NCBI GenBank assembly: GCA_964016885.1
Contig: OZ024743.1
Location: 352,036,001-352,100,000 of the forward strand
Origin: Eledone cirrhosa
Lineage: Eukaryota
Length of the DNA: 64,000 nucleotides
Reading direction: 5' to 3'
Shown here: positions 27,459 through 40,466 of the stretch, piece after piece
How the letters are laid out: the number at the start of each line of letters is the position of its first letter
Numbering within the stretch: the stretch's first letter is position 1
Program-made: the position numbers and the translations under genes
Notes under the pieces: model-generated
Database searches by the model: none
The model's input: only the letters and a program-made list of their open reading frames with translations
What the model was told of the DNA's origin: nothing

Positions 27459-27558
27459 GGAAAGAATTACATCCAAATTAGAGGCACAGCGATGGGAACG
27501 AAGTTTGCTCCCGTTTACGCGACCTCTGTAATGGGATACTTAGAACAACAACTCTACC
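27456..27558 (+). pseudogene. Penelope RT fragment starting the second copy of the segmental duplication
   Basis: Matches 5572-5674 (NGKNYIQIRGTAMGTKFAPVYA..MGYLEQQLY) with one substitution. Confidence 0.92.
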
Positions 27559-30500
27559 GAGAAAGTTCGCAACCCGCCGGCGAGGCGTATCCGCCGCCGC
27601 CGACCCGTAGGGTTGCGCAACGCCTGCGGGGAATACCACCGAGTAGGGATTTTGCAGCACGGCCAGGGGGTCCTGTCTATTATATAGGGTAGGCTTGATC
27701 GGACGAGCTCGAAGAAAACGATTCCGGGTGCAACCCGTCGAGAGTCGTGAATATTCCGTTTTCAAGACGGGTACGTGCCGGCTTACCCTATGCTATGTCG
27801 GATGTCTCCGCCTCGACGACATGCCGTCTAGAACTCGTCCGCCCCGCCTGCACGTTAACGCCCGCTCTCCGCCTCCGCTCCGTATTCCGCCTCCGATGCG
27901 TGTTTCCGCCGTTAAGGCGTGCCAAGTTGGCCGCCTCCGACCCGTGTGGCTGCAGGGGAATCCAGCCGATGACGACGCCCGGACGGCGGCGTGGTGTTGC
28001 TTGGTCGATGCGACGACAACACGCCGCCAACTTGCCTCCTTCGGGGAGGCCCCGTGTAGACGGCGGAAAGAAATCCATTTCGCCGGCTAAGCGGTTCCGC
28101 CGCCGACCCGTACTTTTACGAGTAGCTGCCGGGAAAGACAGGCGGCAAGACGGCGTGTATACGCGAAGCGAGGCGAAGTTCCCCGACGCGACACGACGCC
28201 TTCCGTCTTCCGCCTCGAACCCGGCAAACGTTCCTTTATTCGTCCACGCCTTCACGCTTCGATCGTGGAAAGAAATCCAATCCGCCGGCTAGGCGGTTCC
28301 GCTGCCGACCCGTACTTTTACGAGTAGCTGCCGGGAAAGACAGGCGGCAAGACGGCGTGTATACGCGAAGTTCCGCCACGCGACACGACGCCTTCCGTCT
28401 TCCGCCTCGAACCCGGCAAACGTTCCTTTATTCGTTCTCGCCTTGCCGCTTCGATCGCGAGAAAGTTCGCAACCCGCCGGCGAGGCGTATCCGCCGCCGA
28501 CCCGTAGGGTTGCGCAACGCCTGCGGGGAATACCACCGAGTAGGGATTTTGCAGCACGGCCAGGGGGTCCTGTCTATTATATAGGGTAGGCTTGATCGGA
28601 CGAGCTCGAAGAAAACGATTCCGGGTGCTACCCGTGTGGCTGCAGGGGAATCCTCCCGATGACGACGCCCGGACGGCGGAAAGAAATCCATTCCGCCGGC
28701 TAGGCGTTTCCGCCGCCGACCCGTACTTTTACGAGTAGCTGCCGGGAAAGACAGGCGGCAAGACGGCGTGTATACCCGTCGCGAGGCGAAGTTCCGCGAC
28801 GCGACACGACGCCTTCCGTCTTCCGCATCGAACCCGGCAAACGTTCCTTTATTCGTCCACGCCTTCCCGCTTCGATCGCGGAAAGAAATCCAATCCGCCG
28901 GCTAGGCGGTTCCGCTCCCGACCCGTACTTTTACGAGTAGCTGCCGGGAAAGACAGGCGGCAAGACGGCGTGTATACGCGAAGTTCCGCGACGCGACACG
29001 ACGCCTTCCGTCTTCCGCCTCGAACCCGGCAAACGTTCCTTTATTCGTTCACGCCTTCTCGCTTCGATCGCGAGGAAGTTCGCAACCCGCCGGCGAGGCG
29101 TATCCGCCGCCGACCCGTAGGGTTGCGCAACGCCTGCGGGGAATACCACCGAGTAGGGATTTTGCAGCACGGCCAGGGGGTCCTGTCTATTATATAGGGT
29201 AGGCTTGATCGGACGAGCTCGAAGAAAACGATTCCGGGTGCTACCCGTTGAGAGTCGTGAATATTCCGTTTTCAAGACGGTTACGTGCCGGCTTACTCTA
29301 TGCTATGTCGGATGTCTCCGCCTCGACGACATGCCGTCTAGAACTCGTCCGCCCCGCCTGCACGTTAACGCCCGCTCTCCGCCTCCGATGCGTGTTTCCG
29401 CCGTTAAGGCGTGCCAAGTTGGCCGCCTCCGACCCGTGTGGCTGCAGGGGAATCTAGCCGATGACGACGCCCGGACGGCGGCGTGGTGTAGCTTGGTCGA
29501 TGCGACGACAACACGCCGCCAACTTGCTTCCTTCGGGGAGGCCCCGTGTAGACGGCGGAAAGAAATCCATTCCGCCGGCTAGGCGGTTCCGCTGCCGACC
29601 CGTACTTTTACGAGTAGCTGCCGGGAAAGACAGGCGGCAAGACGGCGTGTATACGCGAAGCGAGGCGAAGTTCCCCGACGCGACACGACGCCTTCCGTCT
29701 TCCACCTCGAACCCTGCAAACGTTCCTTTATTCGTTCACGCCTTCTCGTTTCGATCGCCAGAAAGTTCGCAACCCGCCGGCGAGGCGTATCCGCCGCCGA
29801 CCCGTAGGGTTGCGCAACGCCTGCGGGGAATACCACCGAGTAGGGATTTTGCAGCACGGCCAGGGGGTCCTGTCTATTATATAGGGTAGGCTTGATCGGA
29901 CGAGCTCGAAGAAAACGATTCCGGGTGCTACCCGTTGAGAGTCGTGAATATTCCGTTTTCAAGACGGGTACGTGCCGGCTTACCCTATGCTATGACGGAT
30001 GTCTCCGCCTCGACGACATGCCGTCTAGAACTCGTCCGCCCCGCCTGCACGTTAACGCCCGCCCTCCGCCTCCGATGTGTGTTCCGCCTTTAAGGGGCGT
30101 GCCCAGTTGGCCGCCTCCGACCCGTATGGCTGCAGGGGAATCCAGCCGCCGATGATGACGCCCGAACGGCAGCGTGGATAAGCTTGGTCGTCGTCGTCGA
30201 CGCGACGACAACACGCCGCCAACTAGCTTCCTTTGGGGAGGCCCCGTGTAGACGGCGGAAAGTAATCGAATCCGCCGGCTAGGCGGTTCCGCCGCCGACC
30301 CGTACTTTTGCGAGTAGCTGCCGGGAAAGAGATGCGGCAAGACGGCGTGTACACGCGACACGACGCCTTCCGCCTTCCGCCTCGTACCCGGTAAACGTTC
30401 CGCCGTTGATGCGTGCCGAGTCGGCCGCGTCCGACCGGCGGTGGCTGCAGGGGAATCCAGCCGACGACGACGCCCGAACGGCGAAGTGGTGTAGCTTCGC

Positions 30501-30678
30501 CGACGACACGCCGCCTTCTATCTCTCTAGCCATTCTAGGTCCCGCATCGACAGCGGGACCGAAGCCAACCCGCCGTCTAGGCGGTTCCGCAGCCGACTCG
30601 TGGCGGGCGGATCGCCCTTGGGGGATTTGCAACGATTCCGGAGGATGCAGCACGACCAGGGGCTCCTGTCTATTATAT
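27559..30678 (+). repeat. rDNA intergenic spacer subrepeats (upstream part) with duplicated promoter-like motifs
   Basis: GC-rich shuffled subrepeats (cccgtacttttacgagtagctgccgggaaagac etc.). Same family recurs at 43830-46094. Confidence 0.88.
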
Positions 30679-30700
30679 AGGGTAACCTCGGTCGAACGAG
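30645..30700 (+). promoter_or_regulatory. Putative RNA polymerase I promoter / start site (TATATAGGG, +1 near 30679)
   Basis: Last and slightly divergent copy of the gcagcacg..cagggg..cctgtctatTATATAGGGta motif before the unique ETS. Resembles TATAT(A)GGG Pol I initiation motifs of plants and arthropods. Confidence 0.55.
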
Positions 30701-32446
30701 CTTAGTGAACGGAAGGGTGTTAGCCGTTGCAGCTTTCGGTTTACTGCGTAGGTTACGGGTTAGGCGTGTTCGGATACCCTATATGCGATGTCGTCATCGT
30801 CCACGACCCGCCCTCACGTTACAGCCCGTACACGCCGCCATCGACGAATTATTGCCTTTACAGACCGCCGCCGTCCGACCGGACCCACGATAGAAGACGT
30901 TCGTTACCGCTGGAGCAACGCAAATTACTCCTAGGTTGACGCCAACAACGAGCGCCTTCCCGTCCGGGCGACGTAAAAGTTCTGAAAGCCTTTTTCGCCG
31001 AACCTCCTCGCGCCGCCTTTTCCTCGCCTATTCTTTTTTCTTTTTTCTCCTTTTCGACGGCTAGCCGCATTTCGTGACCCGCCTTTCGATTGCGCTTCCG
31101 TCGCGGCAAAAGAATTGCCTTTTCAGACCGCCGCCGCCGTCGCCCGACCGGACCCACGATAGAAAACGTTCGTTACCGCCGGAGCAACGCAAATTACTCC
31201 TCGGTTGACGCAAAAAAACGAACGCCTTCCCGCCCGGTCGGCGTAAAATGTCTGAAAAACCTTTTCGCCGAACGCCTCGCCGCTTCCTCCTCGCCTCTTT
31301 TTTTTTTTTTTTTCGGTCGTTCGCTCGCTCGCTCGCCGACCCTCGGCCTCGACGATTATCCGCCTTCCGAACGACCGCCTTTCCGCCGTCACAGCAGTAG
31401 GTACGCGTCCGTCGTAATAGCCGTCATTTTCATGTAGGAGCAACGCCTAAATGCCCTGCAATGCGTTTGACGACGATCTACGACGGCGACGACGCGCGTC
31501 ACTCTTCCTTGCTGCGACGAAGGTTTTCGTTCGGCTTTTCGTCGTGGACCCGGTCAGGTCATGCCGCTGACCTCGCGTTGCGTCGCCACTGCTGCGGCGG
31601 GCTTGGGTATAGCCGTAGCTACCCTCGTTTTGCCAACGGCGACGCGATATCTATGAAAGAAAGCGGCGTCGTCCCTCCCGAAGGGACACTGGCATCAAGC
31701 CCGGGTGTCCCTGCTTGCGCCGCTGCCTTTTATCGGGTCAGCGTCGTCCAAGTTTGCCCCGGCATACCTAGCCGTTAGGTTACGCGACGGCGGCGCTTTT
31801 CGCGTCGTCGTCGTCGTCTTCCTAACTCTCTTCCGTTGACCGCATTCCGCCGCCATGTCGAACCGATTTCTTTTTTCGTCGCAGTAACGGCGACAGCAGC
31901 TGTTGAATCGAAAGCGGAGGGCGCCGCCGCCGCCTACTTGTCTCTCTCCTCTTCTTCGAGGCCGCATGCTGCTGCCGCCCCGGCATCACGCCTCAGCTCG
32001 CACTTACGCCCAGGGAAACGCTTCCGAAAGCGGCTTCGTGCGATGCCATAGGATTGTAAACCGTCTTGCGAGCTCGTTTTCGTTTGTTTCTTTTCTTTTC
32101 TTTCATCGCCGCCGCCGAGGAGGAGGAAGAAGACTAAACGATTGGCCGGCAGTCGGCGGGCGATTTGTTTTCGTATACGCCCGTTTTTTGTCGACGACGT
32201 CGCTGGGAGAGGAGATGATCTGATTAGATTAGTAAATGTCGCCAAACGCGCAGCGCCGCGTCCTTCTTCTTTTCTCTTCGTTTCTTACCTCCACCGGCTC
32301 GTGGACCGGTTGCCGACATTTCCGTATTTTTTTTTTTTTTTGTTACGTTTTCTCATTCCGCCTACAAACGAGACGAGACGAAATTCGCTGCTGCCGCCTC
32401 CATGCGCTTCTGTTCTCGGTCGTCGTTTTGTATTTCGTGCGGAAGA
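30679..32446 (+). other. 5' external transcribed spacer (with internal ~170 bp duplication ~30860-31030 / ~31125-31300)
   Basis: Unique GC-rich region between the putative promoter and 18S. Confidence 0.6.
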
Positions 32447-34319
32447 TACCTGGTTGATCCTGCCAGTAGTCATATGCTTGTCTCAAAGCTTAAGCCATGC
32501 AAGTGTAAGTTCATGCCGTAAACGAATGGTGAAACCGCGAATGGCTCAGAAACCGGACCTAATCCTCGGGACCGTATTCCTCACCGCGAGGAGAGTGGAT
32601 AACTGTGGCAATTCTAGAGCTAATACATGCAACTGAGGCCGCGATCGCAGGTCGCACCCGGGAGTCGGGTTACAAACGCGCTCAGCGTTCCATCGCTGTC
32701 GTCGTTCCGTCTTCCCGCGCGGTCCCAACAGATCGCGTCGACACGGTCGGCCTTTGCATTGGTCGCGGCGCAAATATTAGACTGAGACCGACGACGCGTT
32801 AGATGCCGTCAGCGCCGTTCGCAGTTCGCTGCGTGCCGGTTGCGCGGTGTCGCGCATCAATTCGACTTTGGTGACTCTGGATAACTGTCAGTACGATCGC
32901 ACGGGCTTAGAATCGCTTCTGGCCTTCGCGCGACGGGTCCCCCGCGAGTCCGCCCTATCAACTGTCGACGGCCCGGTAAGTGCCGACCGTGGTGGCAACG
33001 GGTAACGGGGAATCAGGGTTCGATTCCGGAGAGGGAGCATGCGAAACGGCTACCACATCCAAGGAAGGCAGCAGGCGCGCAAATTACCCACTCCCGGCAC
33101 GGGGAGGTAGTGACGAAAAATAACGACGCGGGACTCTGTCGAGGCCCCGCGATCGGAATGAGTACACTTCAAATCCGTTAACGAGGATCGACCGGAGGGC
33201 AAGTCTGGTGCCAGCAGCCGCGGTAATTCCAGCTCCGGTAGCGTATATTAAAATTGTTGCGTTTGAAAAGCTCGTAGTCGGAATTCGGGTCTCGAAAGCG
33301 CGCTGCGTCGTCAGCGCGTTCGGGGCGACGGCGCCGTTGTCGTTCGCGCGCCGCGCGTCGACTTCGGTCGTCCGTTCGCACTCCCGGCCCTATTCGCCGG
33401 TGCGTGCGCGGTCGGGCCGCAGAGCTCTGCGTGCATCGCCGCTCGGCGTCACGGTGCGGACGTCGCGTTTTTACCTTCTTGCCACGCTTCTTGCCGTTCT
33501 TCTTGCCTATTTTCCTTTCCGCGTTCGGGGACGATGCGACGACGGCGCTTTTGCTTTATCGCGGGCGTTTGCCGTTCGCCTCTCGTTTTCGTTGCGGCGC
33601 TCCGGTCAGGGTTTGGAGTGTCGTCTCGCTTGGCTATTCGGTCGGTTCTTACGTCGTCGTGCCGTCACCTCGCCGCGGTCGCGCGTTCACCTCGCGGTTT
33701 TGTTTTTCTCTCCCTGCGCGTTTGCCTTTTTCTTTTCGAAAGGAGAGGTTCGTCGTCGCCAGGGTTGGATACGACGGCGTGATCGGTTTCGTCGTCGCGT
33801 CGTCTCGGCGCGTCGCTTTCCTGCGGCCGCCGTTTTGTCGTCGCGCGCGTCGTTCCGTTTCGCCGCCGATCCGCACGGTTCCTCCGAGGGTGCTCTTTAC
33901 CGAGTGTCCGAGGCGGCCGGTACGTTCACTGTGAAAAAATTAGAGTGCTCAGAGCGAGCCGCACCGGCTTGCATACGAAAAACATGGAATGATGGAAAAT
34001 GGCCTCGTCCGCGCGTCATCCGTCGGTCTCCGTTCACGACGAGGCAATGATCGAAGGGAGCGATCGGGGCCACTCGTATTGCGACGTTAGAGGTGAAATT
34101 CTTGGATCGTCGCAAGACGCACTGCAGCGACGGCGTGTGGCAAGCACGTTTTCCTCGATCAAGAGCGAAAGTCGGAGGTTCGAAGACGATCAGATACCGT
34201 CGTAGTTCCGACCGTAAACGATGCCGACTGGCGCTCCGCCGGCGTTCGCTTCGATGACCCGGCGGGGAGCCTGCGCGGGAAACTATAGTCGGTTCCGGGG
34301 GGAGTATGGTTGCAAAACA

Positions 34320-34365
<46 letters not shown>

Positions 34366-35074
34366 GCGGCTTAATTTGACTCAACACGGGAAAACTCACC
34401 CGGTCCGGACACCGGTAGGATTGACAGATCGATAGCTCTTTCTCGATTCGGTGGGTGGTGGTGCATGGCCGTTCTTAGTTGGTGGAGCGATCCGTCTGGT
34501 TGATTCCGATAACGAACGAGACTCCGGCCTGCTAACTAGCGCGTCGATTAGTGCTTTTCCGGTAGCGTGGCGGCGCCGAAGCCGTCGTCGGTAAGCTGTC
34601 CTGCGTTCGTTTTTTTTCCCTTTTTCTTCGAGCTCGGGCTTCCGTTGCCGTTGCCGTCGTCGTCGCGTCGTCGTCGTCTTCTTCTTTCGCGAGTTCGCTT
34701 GCGGAATGGAGGAATGAAGGCAGCGCTGGCGGAGGCGGCGGTCGGTTTTTCGGGCTCGGGAGGGGGGGACCGGCGCGATCAGCCCCGGCGTCGGCACGTC
34801 GTCGCGTCCGGGCCAGTCGGTTGGCGAACGCAGCGCTTCTTAGAGGGACGGGCGGCAGAAAGCCGCACGAGGCGGAGCGATAACAGGTCTGTGATGCCCT
34901 TAGATGTCCGGAGCCGCACGCGCGCTACACTGGAGGTATCAGCGGGCGCCACTCCCCCGGCCCGAGAGGGTCGGGAAACCTCTGAACCACCTCCCGTGAT
35001 AGGGATCGGGGCCTGGAACCAACCCCGTGAACGAGGAATTCCCGGTAGGCGCGGGTCATCAGCCCGCGTCGATC

Positions 35075-35117
<43 letters not shown>

Positions 35118-35260
35118 CGAACGGTCCGGTGAGGTCCTCGGATCTGGCCGACGAGTTCGCAGGCCGTGCGGCGGCGTTTCGATTCGGCCGTCAGGTCGGT
35201 TCGTTGCCGTCGTCGGTGCGCTCTCTGATGGCCCGGAGAAGACGACCGAACCCGATCGCT

Positions 35261-35318
<58 letters not shown>
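32447..35318 (+). rRNA. 18S rRNA (~2870 nt, strongly expanded variable regions)
   Basis: Starts tacctggttgatcctgccag, contains gtgccagcagccgcggtaattcc and gtacacaccgcccgtc, ends gaacctgcggaaggatcatta. Confidence 0.97.
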
Positions 35319-35849
35319 CCGCGTATATTATATCGTTTATTGCCGACGCTGCCGCCAAACGAAAGCCGCCTTATTTTCGTTATTCGATGATCACAACAAC
35401 GGTCGGGTTCGTCATCTGAAGACGCCTAGCAGACGGCGTAACCCGTTAAATGGAGCGAGCGCCGTTTTGCGAAATCGCCGCCAATATCGCTTACTGCGCG
35501 TCTACAGCCGCCTAAACCGCTCCTACCGTTATTCTTTTCTTTTGCCGGCGCCAGCACGACGCTCGGCTGATAACATTTGCGCATCGTTCGATTTCGTATC
35601 CGAAAGAACGTATTTTTTCGACGTGCCCTTCTTATTTTTCTCCTCCTCTCACCTCGCCCGCGGAAGCAGCAAAGCAGCCAGCAGCAGACAAACCGCAGCG
35701 AGCAGCGAACGTGAAAACCTCCCGTGAATAACGTCGCTGTCGCCGCCGCCGCCGTCCTCCGCCATCGTCTACCGTTGGTTGTTTCTATGCTTTCGCGTTC
35801 ATTTTACCGTGTTTTTTTTTTCGTTTTCGTTTTCGTTTAAAATTGACAA
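35319..35849 (+). other. ITS1
   Basis: Between 18S and 5.8S. Confidence 0.85.
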
Positions 35850-36010
35850 AACCCTGGACGGGGGATCACTCGGCTCGTCCGTCGATGAAGAGCGCGGCTA
35901 TCCGCGTGAACTGATGCGAATTGCAGGACTCAGTGAACATCGACACCTCGAACGCACATTGCGGCCCCGGGATTCCACCGTCCCGGGGCCCCGTCCGGTC
36001 GAGAGGCGGT
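35850..36010 (+). rRNA. 5.8S rRNA
   Basis: ggatcactcggctcg..gtcgatgaagagcgc...gaattgcagga...gaacgcacattgcggc. Ends approximate. Confidence 0.93.
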
Positions 36011-36609
36011 CACGATACAATCGCGATGTCTGCTGTTTCGCCATGCGCCGCCCGCTCACGAGAGTGAGAGATGAAAGAGAGAAACACATCCGCCTTTTGC
36101 GCTGCTGCCGCTGCCCGCCTTAGCGAAGCGCAGTTTCTTTTCTTTTTCTCTTCTCTTTTGCGCCATGGTAACAGCGGGAAGTCGGGAGTCGCAGAAGAAG
36201 CGAGAGTCGTCGCTCGCGGAACGCTCCGTCTCCCGTATTGAAATAATAACTAACACTTTTCGTCGTTATTTTTCTTTATTTCTCGCCGTTCGCTTCGGAG
36301 ATCGTCGCACGGAAAGAGAAAGATTTAGAAGAAGGGAAGACGAGAAGGGTAAAAAGAAACGCAGTAACACAGGCGCGGTCGTTGTTCGTCGGCCGGCGTT
36401 CGCTCTGCGAGTCGCCAAAAACACAAAGCGTTCGTGTCGGCCGACGAGAAACGATTTCGATTCCGCTTCTTTTTTTCCCATTTCTCTCGTCTTTTCCACA
36501 TTCCGCCTTGGCGCCCGCTCTATATCGCCAACCTCTTCTTTATCAATGCCGCCTTCTTCTTACCGTCCTCGTTCTTCGTATTCAGCGTATTCGGCGTATG
36601 CGAATAGCT
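36011..36609 (+). other. ITS2
   Basis: Between 5.8S and 28S. Confidence 0.85.
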
Positions 36610-38101
36610 GCCCTCGACTCGGACGCGACTACCCGCCGAACTTAAGCATATCGCTAAGCGGAGGAAAAGAAACCAACCGGGATTCCCTTAGTAACGGCGA
36701 GTGAACTGGGAGGAGCCCAACGCTGAATCTCGTCGTCCGCAAGCAGGCCGTCGAGAGCTGTGGCGCAAGGGTCGTACACGGTCGTTCGTTTCGCCCGGCT
36801 AGGTTCGGAGTCCCCTCGATCGGGGCTGCCCAAAGCGGATGCCAGGCCCATTCGGAGCCGGCGGCGGTCGACAGTGTCTCTTTCTTCGGCCCGAGAGTCG
36901 GGTTGCTTGGGAACGCAGCCCAAAGCGGGTGGTAAGCTCCATCCAAGGCTAAATACCGGAACGAGTCCGATAGCCGACAAGTACCGCGAGGGAAAGTTGA
37001 AAAGAACTTTGGAGAGAGAGTTCAAGAGACCGTGAAACCGCCCAGGGGTTAAACGGGTAGGACCGTTCACCGTGATCGCGAGGGGACTCAGTCCGCTGCT
37101 GTTTTAAGGCGCCGTCGTCGTCGGCGGCGGTCTCTCGTTTCGACGAGTCGACCGCCGACCGCCTCGCCGGCGTTACGATTCGCAGGGTGCCGGCATCGGA
37201 CGCACTTCCCCTTCGATCCCTCGTCGCGACCCGTTCCCGTCAGGCTGGATGGCGCGCGGTGTCCGCAGGTCGCAGAGCGGCGTCCCGCCTAGAAAACGAA
37301 CCATTCCCGGTTCGCTTTCGAAGCGGGTTTCCGAAAACAGCGCTTCTCTCGACCGGGCCCGTCGCTCGGCGGTGGTTTTCATCGTCCCAGGCACGGCTAA
37401 CAGGCGGGGACGGGACAAACGCGCGTGTTCCTTTATTAGCCGCAGCGCCGTTCGTATATGCTTAGGTTGGTTTTTTTAAATATCCTTTAAAATTTCTGAT
37501 CGGCTTTCGAGAAAGCGGCCGCCTCGTTCGCTCGCCCCGTTTGCTTTTTCTCTTTTGCTCTCTTTGCGGAGCAGGAGGGAGCGGGTCGCTGGGCGGACGA
37601 GGATCGCGAGCCGTCCGCTGCTGCAGGTCTGCGACGAGCATCGGCAACCTACCCGACCCGTCTTGAAACACGGACCGAGGAGTCCCAGTCGGTTGCGAGT
37701 CGTTGGAGCGAAAGAAATCGAATTTAACGAACTCCGACGGCGAAGTGAAAGCGAGAACGTGACGCGTCGTCGACGGCGGCGTTAGAGGCTGGTTTGAATT
37801 GACGGCATGCGGCATGGCCTTCGGGTCGTGTCGCTGTTGTTTTTTTCTTCTTTTTTCCGCGCCGTCGTAGGCGTTTCGAAGCATCGTTCCCGGGTCGGGT
37901 GTGCGCGTCGCGTGGCGGCTTTCGGGCCGTCGGCGCGGCGCGCTCCGACTCAGGTGTAGCAGGCGGCCGGGGACCCGAAAGATGGCGATCCACGCCCGGT
38001 CGGGACGAAGCCAGAGGAAACTCTGGTGGAAGTCCGAAGCGCCTCTGACGTGCAAATCGATCGTCGGAACCGGGTGTAGGGGCGAAAGACCAATCGAGCC
38101 G

Positions 38102-38144
<43 letters not shown>

Positions 38145-40166
38145 CGCCAGCAGCAGACAGAACGACACGCAATTCCGTCCGGTAAAGCGAACGACTGGAG
38201 GCCCCGGGGACGTTGACGGCCTCGATCTACTCTCGAACTCGGAACGGGCGAAACGGGCCGCTCTCTCTCCCGATCGGAGGCGGCCGCCGTCTCGGCGACG
38301 AATGCACGGTGCCAAGTGGGCCACTTTTGGTAAGCAGAACTGGTGATGTGGGATGAACCGAACGTCCGGCTAAGGTGCCCTACGCTTCGCCCATTAGATC
38401 CCCGAAAGGGTGTCGGTCGATATAGACAGCAGGACGGTGGCCACGGAAGTCGGAATCCGCTCAGGAGTGTGTAACAACTTACCTGCCGAATCGACCGGCC
38501 CCGAAAATGGATGGCGCTGGAGCGAGCGACCGATGCCGGACCGGCCAGGCGATAGGCGAAAAAAGGTAACACGACGTAACTTTCTTCGATGCCTGGTCGA
38601 GTAGGAGGGCGCCGCGGCGTGCACGGAAGCCGCGGGCGTGAGCCGGGGTGAAGCCGACCGCGGGTGCAGATCTCGGTGGTAGTAGCAAATATTCGAACGA
38701 GACCTTCGAAGACCGAAGTGGAGAAGGGTTCCGTGCCAACGGCGGTCGAGCACGGGTCAGTCGGTCCTAAGAAGCGGGCGAAAGCTTGTACGAAAGGCGC
38801 CGGATCCGTTGTCGAGAAAGAGGAAAAAAAAAGAAAAACCCCCCCTTTTTTTTTTTGGCTTCTCTGTTTTTGTTACGGCCGGCCTTGCATCGAAAGGGAA
38901 TCGGGTTAATATTCCCGAACCCGTACTCGGAGAGTGCTCGTCCGTCGGTGGAATTTAACGCGTCGTCGCGTCATCGAAGCCGGCGGTCGGGCGAAGCAGC
39001 GGCAACGCAAGCGAGCCCGGAGACGTTGCCGGGAGCCCTGGGAAGAGTTCTCTCTTCTTCGTAAAGGACCGCGTCCGTGGAATCGGCTCGTCCGGAGATA
39101 CGGATATGGTACCTGTAGAGCGCCGCGTCTCGGGCGGCGTCCGGTGCGCTCTCGGCGGCCCTGGAAAATCCGGGTCCGTAACGATTCGCAGCTCTCGAGT
39201 CGGTCCGTACCCACCATCCGCAGCAGGTCTCCAAGGTGTACAGCCTCTCGTCGATAGCGCCAATGTAGGTAAGAGAAGTCGGCAAAATGGATCCGTACCT
39301 TCGGAAGAAGGATTGGCTCCGAGGACCGGGTCGGTCGGGCCGTGTGTGTGTCGGCCTGTCGGCCGTCTTGTTGTTTTTTTCCAAAAACTCGGGATCGGTC
39401 GCGCGGCACGTCTGTACGCGAAGCGGTGAACCGGTACGGGGCTGTAGCGTTGGCGTCGGACTTGACGTTCGAGCGTCGGTCGGGTGGTCGATTTGCGCCC
39501 GTTTCGTTTGCGTTCGTTTCGTTTTTCCTTGCCCTTCTTTCGGTTGGCGGCGAGGAGAGAGAGGAAGAAGGCGGCGGCGGCGGCTGCGGGTTGGTCGCGC
39601 GGAGGCGGACGGGGTTTGTTGAAAGATTACCGCGGAGGAGGGATGAAGGCGTAGCAGTAGACGGGGGGAGAGGCTTGTCGCTCGCAAGGGCGGTTTGTTT
39701 TTTTTTTCGTTTTTCTGCTCGCTTTTGTTTTGTTCTTTCGGTTTTTTTTTCTCTTTCCTTTACTGTTCGTCGCAGTGCCGGCGGCTCGCGCGTCGTCGTC
39801 GTCTTTTTTTCTTCGTTTTCTTCGTTTTTGTCGGTCGGAAACAAAAACGGGGGGCTTGGAGAGGCGCTAGCTTGGCGTTGGCGAGCGGCGTTTCGGTCGG
39901 TTGCTTTTTGCGACGTTCGATGCGTAGTGGGCGCGAACAACACGGCTCCACGCCCGGGACACCGTGGAGCGACACGGTTTCGGGCTCGTTGGCGCGTCGG
40001 TTAGCTTCCTTTCTTTCTTGTTCGCGAGGAGGAGGGCGGTTGCCGAGACGCGCGGCAGGCGTTCGGCCGGCGGCGAACGGTCAACTCGAAACTGGTACGG
40101 ACCGGGGGAATCCGACTGTCTAATTAAAACAGAGCATCGCGTAGCCGGCCGAGCCGCATAGACGCG

Positions 40167-40198
<32 letters not shown>

Positions 40199-40214
40199 AG
40201 TGAAGAAATTCAAC

Positions 40215-40244
<30 letters not shown>

Positions 40245-40253
<9 letters not shown>

Positions 40254-40466
40254 GTCGGCGCTACCCTTGACGTGGGAAGAGAGCTTAAATCCGTGGTTAG
40301 AGCTGTACGAGTGAGTCAACTTGACGCGTACCTTTGGAAGTTTGACTCCTTTCGGAGGTTGGCGCCCTCTTCGAGGGGTCGGTTCCGGGGTGCGGGTTCG
40401 GGTTGGCTCGGCAGGTTTTACCATACTCGGTTGGTCTGCCACATTAAGGATGAACTAATTGGCGCC
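40245..40466 (+). ncRNA. Predicted HDV-like self-cleaving ribozyme spanning the 28S/insert junction
   Basis: P1 ctctctt/aagagag, P2 ggcgcta/tggcgcc, P3 ccc/ggg, L3 ttgacgt, long P4, J4/2 aCTAA. Pairing done manually. Confidence 0.6.
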
